Source: Octopus bimaculoides (Eukaryota). From it: a stretch of 64,000 nucleotides of DNA. The stretch spans positions 93,236,746-93,300,745 of the forward strand of contig NC_068990.1 of NCBI RefSeq assembly GCF_001194135.2. The letters run 5' to 3'. The notes below the pieces were generated by a model. It did not search any database. It saw only the letters and a list, made by a program, of their open reading frames with translations, and was not told where the DNA came from. Below, one piece after another: positions 55,030 to 64,000 of this stretch; within the stretch, counting starts at the first letter, position 1, and each line of letters opens with the position of its first letter. Made by a program: the position numbers and the translations under genes.

Positions 55030-55333
55030 GTAAGCTTAACTTATTGCACAACTAACATGCATAAATTAACATAGTTTTAAGTTAATGAGACTGATATTTC
55101 TCAGTGTGTGTGTGTGTGTGTGTGTTTCTGTATTTATGTCTTGTATTATAATTAACTAAATATATTATGATGCAAAGGCATATGGGATTATGTTTGTTGA
55201 AGCATCACTTCTTGTACATGCAGGCTCTTCATATATATGAAGAGTTGATAAAGAGCCTGCATGTGTGTGTATGTGCATATATAACTATACACACCACTTA
55301 CATATATAAATATGTGTAGATACACGTGTGCGG

Positions 55334-55384
<51 letters not shown>

Positions 55385-55399
55385 AAATCATCCTTGTTA

Positions 55400-55500
55400 C
55401 TTTAACATCCACTTTTCCATGCTTGCATGGGTCAGGGGGAGTTTTCTGATGCAGATTTTTCTATGGCCTGATGCCCTTCCAATTGCCAACCCTGATGGAT
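55400..55500 (-). mobile_element. Short RTE 3'UTR fragment
   Basis: tttaacatccacttttccatgcttgcatggg...gatgcccttccaattgccaacc. Confidence 0.65.
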
Positions 55501-56507
55501 TTCCAAGCAAAGTACTATTTCCCCATGCTTAGAAATATTTTCATAGAGTATTGGAGATTAACAACATTCATTTACTACTCAACTTCCTTTCTAATCCTAA
55601 ATGCTGGCTGATTAATCCATGTAAGAGTGAAAAAGGCATTAAGAGATTGACCCAATGAGATTGTGGCACTGCAGGAATTGACTGGTTCCGTGGCATCAGG
55701 GAGAAAGTAGCCTGCAGGTCCACCAGTTCAATAGCTCTCCATTATAAACTGTTTGTCTCTCATTTATGGATGGAACTCAACAGAATATGGAGCATGGATA
55801 CATGTGAGCGGACAAATGAAAGAAAGTGACACTCAACGCATTTGTTAGAAATTACATATAATATTTAATACCAGTTTGACTCAGCTTCATGCAACTTCAA
55901 GTTTCATAGGCTGGTAGAATGAACCTAACTCACCAGGTATCTGGAGATATGATACAAATCCAAGATGGCTTCTAGACGTTAAGCCTCGAGTGGCTTGTTG
56001 AGGTCATGTGGTGTTATTGGTCTGGAAGCAACATTGATTATTTTCTTTGTTCTGAGAACCACATAAATGGAATTCTAAAACTTCCATGAAAACCTGTCGA
56101 GCCATAGAGAAATATTAGCTTTGTGAAAACTGGTAAAGGCATCCAACCATAAAAAATCTGCCTCAAATGAATTCCATCTGACCACAATATATATATGGAC
56201 GTTAAAACAATGATGATGGTTTCCATTTTGTTTAAGGATTTTGTACAGCAAAAACCAGGCAGTTAGCCTGAGCATGTCAAGGTTATACAACAGTTCAATT
56301 TGATTACATAATTTAGTTGGTTACAAGTTTTACTAAAATATGTGAGTTATTTATTGAAACATGAAGTAATTTTAGATGAATCAACAACTCAATAATATTT
56401 TAATGTTTTCTCTAGGTTAATGACCAATTATTTTTATTATGCATAACAAAGGTTTATTGTGTTGAACAGTTTGTTGACTGGGGTGGTGTTGACAGTTTTA
56501 TTACCTG

Positions 56508-56559
<52 letters not shown>

Positions 56560-56562
<3 letters not shown>

Positions 56563-56735
56563 TTGAAATTTACAGAAAAACAAAAGACGAAGACAGGTAT
56601 ATGAACAACAAGCAGGTGTATTGGTTTGATGCTCGGGAAAGTGAGAAAGTCTTTTATGTTTCAAGCCTACACTCTTCAACAGAAAGGAATAAGAGAAAAT
56701 AGAGGGAGAATACAAAAACTTGTAGATTTAGTGGT
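56560..56735 (-). mobile_element. Penelope-like repeat remnant, homologous to 30.4-30.55 kb, with hammerhead-like motif
   Basis: Reverse complement reads tcctttctgttgaagagtgtaggcttgaaacataaaagac...cctgtcttcgtcttttgtttttctgtaaatt, collinear with the insert at 30220-30556. Confidence 0.55.
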
Positions 56736-57521
56736 CAAGCATATATATATCTATATGCATATATACATACGTATATGTACATACTTATATCTATATGTAT
56801 ATATACATGCATATGTGGGCACAGGACGTCATGAAATGTGTACAACAAAAAATATGAAGCATGAGTACATGGAATATGAACTATTTTTTTGAGCAACGAA
56901 AGACAAATGGAAAACAAGACAAACAACACAAAGAACGACCCTTCATCAGTTGTTGGTTGTTTTTCTACTCTTGTATTTCGAGCATTTAACAACAAGATAT
57001 GCTTTTGATAAAACAATCATTCCTGCAAAGCAAATTAAATAAAATTTGGGATTTTGTGGAGGGTCAAAATTGGTAACACAAACAGGACAGTGAAAACAAA
57101 CAGGAAGGGCTGCTAAGCCTAAACGAGGTTGTGGTGGCGAATGCATAAATCAAGCTTGGACAGGAAACAGACAAGAACATGTCTTCCTTGATCCAGCTAC
57201 AATGGAGAGAAAGAAAGAAACACAAGTTAGGAGAAGAAAGATGGCCGATGGTCACGTGGGAGCCATGTGAGCAAGGGAGGAAGAGTGAGGCAGAGGGAGT
57301 GACAGACAGAGAATTGTGGAGGGGAGAGGAAAAAATTGGAGATAGGATAAGTGAGAAAAAAACAGGTGGGGGAGAAGGGGAGGTAGAAGAAAGGGAGAGA
57401 GAAAAAAAACGAAAGAGTAATAGGATAGAATAATGGGAGAAGAAGAGATATATATGACTGTTCCTGTAATACTGTTAATTCTCTGAGATATTTGTTTAAT
57501 AAATACATGTGTGTGTGTTTG

Positions 57522-57720
57522 TAATCATCATCATCATCATTTAATACCCTCTCCAATGCTGGCATGGGTTTAATAGCTCAACAGGATCCAATGAATTGGT
57601 GCACCACTTCATGCTCCAATGTCTGTTTTGGTCTGGTTCCTCTGGTAGCTGGATGCCTTTCATAAATGCCAGCCACTTTACAGAGTGTACCAGATACATT
57701 ATTCATGGCACCACCACTAT
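57522..57720 (-). mobile_element. RTE 3'UTR copy (degenerate)
   Basis: (cat)n tttaatacc...atgctggcatggg...tagctggatgcctt. Confidence 0.65.
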
Positions 57721-57728
57721 ATGTATGC

Positions 57729-57762
<34 letters not shown>

Positions 57763-57772
57763 NNNNNNNNNN

Positions 57773-57815
<43 letters not shown>

Positions 57816-59227
57816 TGACTTTAAAAGAGCCTAATAGTCATACAAGCATGGTTGTTCATTTCAAGTTTTTTGTGAAAAACATGTCCAGCCATGGGAAAAT
57901 ATCAGATTGCTTGGAACCAGGTGAAGGTTGGTGACAGGAATGGCATCTGGTCAGTGGAGACCTTCTGTCTCAGCAACTTCTGTCTCACCCATACAAGCAT
58001 GGAAAAGTAAATGCTAAATGATAAAGACAATATGTGCGTGTGTGTGTGTGTGTAGTTTTTAAAAATTTATTTATGTTATGGTGCAAAACCATGTAAGAGT
58101 TCCATACAACTTGATATGATGTAGAGCCTCGTAAATGTTAAATTTATGTCAAATAAAAACAGGTTACATTTCTTATCCATTTCTTATCATTCTGTCAACT
58201 TACAATACATATGAACAGGTTTAAAAGTAATTCCAAATTCAGAGCAAAAAATGGTCAGTGAAAATTAGTTCATCCTTATTAATTTTTTATATGAAAATAA
58301 TGATCTTCTTTCAACTTGCTGACACAAACCTAAATTTCTCTTTGACAATGTGAAAGAAGACTTCCTCTTCATGTCTGATAACTGATGACTTATGATCTAA
58401 ATAAATTTTTACTACCTGGATTCATCTTATTATTTTCAAACCTGCTGATGCTGTTTATCTCACATAAATTTACATATACATGCTTGTGTGTGTGTGTGCA
58501 CGTGTGTGTGCACGTGTGTGAGTGCGTGCATGTGCATGTGTAAACACTTGAAAGTAAATATTCCTGTGTAGACAATAATGAAACAGAAAGTATTTTGATA
58601 TTCAAAGTAGAAATGTTAAAATATATTTCAAAATGGAAACTTTGAATTTTGCTATGTTGAGTTTCACATTTCCAATTTTCAAACGAAGTTTGAGGAATGA
58701 AACAGAAGAGGGTTAATGAGAATATTCAGATAGGAAATATTTGATTGAATGTGAAGATTAAATTATATAAACGAACAAATATTTGATTGGATGCATATGC
58801 AAAAATAAAATCAACTAAAAAAAAATTAATAAAAATAAAATGCAAACTGAAAAGATCCTATATTGTTCTTGTTCAGCATCTACTTTTCCAGTCTTGCCAG
58901 GGATCAGATGAGTGTATTTTGAGTCTGTGGTTGGATGTCCTTCTATGTTCTGGATGTCCTTCCTGTGGTCAGTTCCCACTTGTTTCCAAGTGAGGCAATA
59001 ATCTTTCAGTCTATCAAACAACAAACAAACCAAATATTTATTACAGGGAGAACTGACAACAAACGAAACTATTTGAATGGGCCTTTTGTTTACAAACCAG
59101 AAAACACAATTGAAATATGAAGGCACTCTCACAAACACACACACACACACACACCCATAGGTTCACACACATACATATAATAATGTGTGCATGTTTTGTC
59201 ACGAAAAAACGCCCATGCAATGTTGCA

Positions 59228-59393
59228 CTCTGTGGAGTGGTCAATATTAGGAAGGACATCCAGCCGTAGAAACAATGCTGAATCAGACTGGAGTTTGGTA
59301 CAGCCCCCCCCCCGCCCCCCACTAGCTTGCCAGCTCTGGTCACACCATCCAATCCATGCCAGCATGGACAATGAACATTAAATGATGATGATA
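59228..59393 (+). mobile_element. RTE 3'UTR copy upstream of the PAS exon
   Basis: ggagtggtcaatattaggaaggacatccagccgtagaaac...ccatgccagcatggac...aaatgatgatgat. Confidence 0.75.
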
Positions 59394-59553
59394 CATATAT
59401 ATATTTGTGTGTGTATGTATATATATATGTATGTATACATAATATATATATGTTTGTGTGTGTGTATGTGTGTATACACAAAAAACTGTATAGGTTTGTT
59501 TTTGTCATGCTGGAGCACCATCTTCATTACCATGGTAACGATCTGTCTTTCAG

Positions 59554-59694
59554 TATATCAATAGTGCGTACGAGCGACTCTCAGGTTATGCCACAGATGA
59601 AATCCTTGGCAAAAATGCAAAAGAATTTCCTCGAAGTGACAAAGTGAAACCAGAACACCTGGATATTATTAACAATCACCTCGTCAAAGACAAA
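59554..59694 (+). CDS. PDE8: PDE8 internal exon (PAS core), 141 bp, phase 0 to 0
   Basis: Acceptor tttcag, donor gtaagt at 59695. Reads YINSAYERLSGYATDEILGKNAKEFPRSDKVKPEHLDIINNHLVKDK, similar to PDE8 YVNPAFExxMGYxxGELxGK...PxSDK. Confidence 0.95.
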
Positions 59695-59744
59695 GTAAGT
59701 TTTAAGATTTCTTCATTGTAACCATTCTTTCGTTCCTGGGCATA

Positions 59745-60130
59745 TATACCTACATGTAGGTGTGTGTTTATATTATTATTTTATATACACCTACCTGTAG
59801 CTATGTGTCTATATTATCATTTTATATACACCCACCTGTAGCTATGTGTCTATATTATCATTTTATATACACCCACCTGTAGCTGTGTGTCTATATTATC
59901 ATTTTATATACACCCACCTGTAGCTGTGTGTCTATATTATCATTTTATATACACCCACCTGTAGCTGTGTGTCTATATTATCATTTTATATACACCCACC
60001 TGTAGCTGTGTGTCTATATTATCATTTTATATACACCCACCTGTAGCTGTGTGTCTATATTATCATTTTATATACACCCACCTGTAGCTGTGTGTCTATA
60101 TTATTATTCTATACACACTCAACTGTAGTT
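59745..60130. repeat. 41-bp minisatellite, about 9-10 units
   Basis: Unit acccacctgtagctgtgtgtctatattatcattttatatac; period 41 (agctg at 59881 and 59922). Degenerate units continue to about 60240 and recur near 61700. Confidence 0.92.
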
Positions 60131-60238
60131 GGATCTGTATGTGCCTATATCATTATTGTATATACACTCAGCTGTACATGTGTGTCTGCATCATTACACT
60201 ATGTACACCCAGCTTCAGTTGTGTTTCTGTATTATTAC

Positions 60239-60310
<72 letters not shown>

Positions 60311-60381
60311 TATATCATCATCATCGTCATTTTTTATGATGATGATGATGATGATGATATATCTATCTATCTATTTATCTA

Positions 60382-60411
<30 letters not shown>

Positions 60412-60415
<4 letters not shown>

Positions 60416-60529
60416 GTTAGAAAACAGAGAAATGTAATGGATACAAATTAATTTATTTATTAATCAACATGTGTTGATTAATCAATAAATTAATTTGTAT
60501 CCATTAGATTTCTCTGTTTTCTAACTTGA
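60412..60529. repeat. Near-perfect palindrome, 58-bp arms, 2-bp spacer, 3 mismatches
   Basis: Arms 60412-60469 and 60472-60529 are reverse complements. Confidence 0.92.
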
Positions 60530-60752
60530 TAAAAATGTTTGACATCTTACGATATTCTGTATAAAATATTCATTGAAGAATTATCTTTTCAAAATTCAAT
60601 ATATTAAACCAGTGTATCTTGGATGAAAAAAATATTCCTATAAGAGATTTGAATATACTCATTGTGACTATATATATGTGTGTGTGTGTGTGTCTGTGTG
60701 TGTACAATAGTAATGTAGAAACAGCTGAAACTGAGTGTACATACTATAATCG

Positions 60753-61030
60753 TGGCACTTCATTGGTTGCAACGACAAGGGTTCCAGTTGATCTGATCAA
60801 CGGAACAGCCTACTTGTGAAATTAACGTGCAAGTGGCTGAGTACTCCACAGACACACGTACCCTTAGCGTAGTTCTCGGGGATATTCAGCGTGACACAAA
60901 GTGTGACAAGGCTGGCCCCTTTGAAATGCAGGTACAACAGAAACAGGAAGAAAGAGTGAGAGAAAGTTGTGGTGGAAGAGTACAGCAGCGTTTGTCACCC
61001 TTCCCCCTGCTGGAGCCTCGTGGAGCTTTA
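60753..61030 (-). mobile_element. SINE family A, 5'-truncated
   Basis: Reverse-complement homologue of the 3' portion of 2033-2411. Confidence 0.78.
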
Positions 61031-61126
61031 AACTCATGGTTCAATTGTATTACGAGTGAGGAGTTTAATGTGGGTCTTGTATTAGCATGCATATATATAT
61101 ATATATATATATATTAGACAAAAACA

Positions 61127-61304
61127 GATAACCAAACCAAGGCTGTGAGGAGTTTTCAAGACATTTCTAAGGAAAAGGGATATAGTCTTACAGCTGTTTC
61201 TGGGATATTATATATATCCATAATATCCCAGAAACAGCTGTAAGACTATATCCCTTTTCCTTAGAAATGTCTTGAAAACTCCTCACAGCCTTGGTTTGGT
61301 TATC
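61127..61304. repeat. Perfect inverted repeat, 85-bp arms, 8-bp spacer, ending at an N gap
   Basis: Arms 61127-61211 and 61220-61304 match with no mismatches seen. Confidence 0.92.
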
Positions 61305-61353
61305 NNNNNNNNNNATATATACGTATGTATGTATGTATGTATGTATGTATGTA

Positions 61354-61402
<49 letters not shown>

Positions 61403-63594
61403 CAGGAACTCCTCAGAGTGATCGCAGGCTCATCTTGTGAATCCATGGCAACGTTAGCAACGTTTCTGTATCATCAGCAGATATTTGAAGGTCACATGCA
61501 TCTCCACCCTTAACCTGTTTGATTTTCCTGTGTGGAGCAGAGAGGGGCAGACAATAGTGAGTTGATCCTCACTGAAGGGTTCCTCTTTGTGATCACTTAT
61601 CAGCCACTGCCACCTTCAGCTGGTTTCACCTGCCATGGCTATCTTCTTGCTGATTTTCTTTGTTTCAGTTCCAGACCAATCTTCTGCAGCCAGCATTAGT
61701 TGTCTGTATATATCATTATTGTATATACACCCAGCTTTAGCTGTATGTATATTGTTGCTTTGTTCTTGAACATTCCACCACCACCACCACCACCACCACC
61801 ACACCTCCACCACCAGTATTACCACTACAACTACCACATCTACCACAATGAGCACTTGTACTACTACTACTACCTCTAACAACCATCTCTATCACTACTG
61901 CTACTACTACAAGTAGCCCCCATCATTAAAATCTCAACCATTACAATTTGTGCCACAGTCACCACTACCATCACCACCACCACTACTACCACTGCCTCAA
62001 TAACTATTACTACCACCTCCACCATCCACACTTGTACCACTGCCTCCACCCTGACCACCACCACCACCAAGACTCTCCACGAAGTCTAAAACCTAGCCAT
62101 CATTGTCATTCTTTTCTCATTCCAGTTGTGGGAAGGTTTACATTATATGCGTCGGAAAAGTGGTGGAAGTATCCCACACCATTGTAGAATTGTCCCAGTT
62201 CTTGGACCTCTGGGGTAAGTAGACAAAGAACACCACAGCTGAACTTCATAAGGGTCGACATAGAACATTATTTGGGACAGGGGTCAGCATGCTACACTAC
62301 TGAGATCCACAAGGATCAACATGCTGACAGACGGGTGAACATGATGCACTATTAGGGGCAACATAAGTCAGCAGAATACACTATTAGGGACCACATAGGT
62401 CAACACACAATTAAGGACCCTATAGGCCAACATGCTGCAGTATTAAGGACTAAATAAGGCAATAACCTATGTTATATGAAAGAAGATCAGAGAATAAAAT
62501 ATATATCTAAAATAGGCCATAATTACGTTAGTCTTTTTTATTTTGCAATTCGTCAGAAGAAGGAGGGTGTTGTCCAGAGAAGACTTTGCTGACCCAGATT
62601 GAGTGAAAGTTTAAGGGTAGCTTTGTGAATTTTGGTAAAATTTTGACCTGGATATGGCTCATCAAGAGATTAGTTTAGTTAAGGGCCCATCATAATTGTC
62701 AGATTTACCCAAGTAAAATGTTGGTAAAGATAATCAGGCATTAATATGTAATTATACAAAATATTATCTGTCATCATTGTTGTCTAGATGTTATATAACA
62801 TAATATATTAACTGATATTATTGTTATGGAGATTTTATATGTATGTGTATATATGAGAGACGGTGTGTACATGTAAGAGAGAGAGAGTGTATGTGCGTGT
62901 GCGTATGTGTGTGTGCATGTGTGCATATATAAGTGATGTGGTTGGCATATTTGTGTATATGTGTGTGTGTGTGTGATAAGCATGTGTCTGTATGCATAAA
63001 TGTGTATGTATAGATGTGTATGTATTTATACGTATTGCACATATGTTTCCTGTGTGTCACATGTGATGTATGTACACAACTGGTTAACCACTGCTGTTCC
63101 ACCTCACCACCACCGACACTACCACCACCACCACTACCACCACCACCACCCCATCAGTTACCAACAGTCACAATCAAACAACAATCTCTGACATTTTAAA
63201 CTGGCTTCTTACATTCTGATCTCTGTAGATTTATTCCACGTCTTTTGTCTGCTACCGATACCATTGTCTATTCACCTGTCTACAAGACAGTTCTAGAATT
63301 TCTATCTAATCATTATCAAAATAATTAAACCACAAATGTCTCTGATTGATAAATGACAAAAACTGCAGCAGCTCTTGGAATAAACTAAAGCAAAAGCTTT
63401 TAAAAGAAATTAAACTGAGCTCTAATACAGAACTCTTGTTATTTCTGGAATGCAGGTGAGATGACTCACTGGATAAAATATAAGTTGACCAACACGTGGT
63501 TGCAAGTTCAAATCCACTGCAGGTAGAGCACAAATTTCTGGACACTGTAATCCATACTAATTTATCAGAAAGAACTGCAAGACCAATTTATTGG

Positions 63595-63652
63595 TACCCT
63601 GCACACTACAGTACCCTGCACACTACAGTACCCTGCACTGTACAGTACCCTG
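63595..63652. repeat. 17-bp tandem repeat, about 3.5 units
   Basis: taccctgcacactacag repeated. Confidence 0.8.
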
Positions 63653-63829
63653 TATTAATAAACTTGCATCGTTTATATTAATGTAGAGGTACTTATATTT
63701 AATTTCATTATTTCAGTAACTTTAATATTTGTTTAATTTATTGTTTGTTGACCAAAGTGACCATGCTCTGGTGACCAAGGTGACCATGCTCTGAATTAAA
63801 CAAACATTAGATTTACTCGAATAATGGCT

Positions 63830-64000
63830 TCAAGTTTCGGCACAAGGCCATCAGTTTCAAGAGAGGGGATCAGGCAATTATATTGACCCCCTATGATTAA
63901 TTGGTACTTATTTTATCAACCCTAAAAGGATGAAATATAAAGTTGATCTCGGCAGAATTTGAACTCGGGATGTAAAGCCACAAAGCGTTTTGCCCAGCTG
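63830..64000 (-). mobile_element. SINE family C (runs off window end)
   Basis: ggcacaaggcc...ggtacttattttatcaaccc...ggcagaatttgaactc. Confidence 0.72.

Noticed and set aside
56930-56995. Minus-strand GAAA...CTGATGA as a permuted hammerhead
   Set aside because: No NUH triplet in register and the stems do not close.
5042-59393. Sense-strand excess of RTE 3'UTR copies (about 13 plus versus 6 minus)
   Set aside because: The excess is modest for this sample size and compatible with chance.
59745-60130. CRISPR-like array
   Set aside because: Units are head-to-tail identical with no unique spacers, in a eukaryotic context with no cas genes.
61455-61480. Minus-strand CTGATGA-TACA-GAAACGTT
   Set aside because: Stem II is absent and there is no stem I complement; at best a collapsed relic.
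759-63681. Most ORFs in the supplied six-frame track (YI/CV/HT repeats, X-filled ORFs)
   Set aside because: They are translations of (TA)n, (TG)n and (CAT)n microsatellites or N gaps, with no domain-like content.

Overview
AT-rich, microsatellite-dense eukaryotic intronic DNA with assembly gaps. The repeat landscape (tRNA-head SINEs, RTE LINE fragments with (GAT)n tails) looks like an octopus/cephalopod genome; this is an inference. The only host gene I can support is a + strand phosphodiesterase 8 (PDE8) orthologue. Five GT-AG exons (19947-20137, 36477-36536, 40289-40346, 54865-55029, 59554-59694) splice in frame to 615 nt = 205 aa, covering the receiver-like (REC) domain and most of the PAS domain. 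The start codon and catalytic domain lie outside the window. The rest is intron filled with RTE LINE pieces and many RTE 3'UTR copies, at least three tRNA-head SINE families, an internally deleted DD37D (maT-type) Tc1/mariner, other degenerate LINE relics, fold-back elements, and mini- and microsatellites. The most interesting non-gene signal is a well-formed minimal type I hammerhead ribozyme motif at 24527-24572, plus related hammerhead-like motifs at about 30.4 kb, 53.4 kb and 56.7 kb in Penelope-like repeat remnants. Other points of interest are several long intronic hairpins and a strong antisense bias of one SINE family that carries AATAAA on its sense strand. Nearly all ORFs in the supplied track are translations of microsatellites or gaps. 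Repeat boundaries are approximate. No database searches were run.
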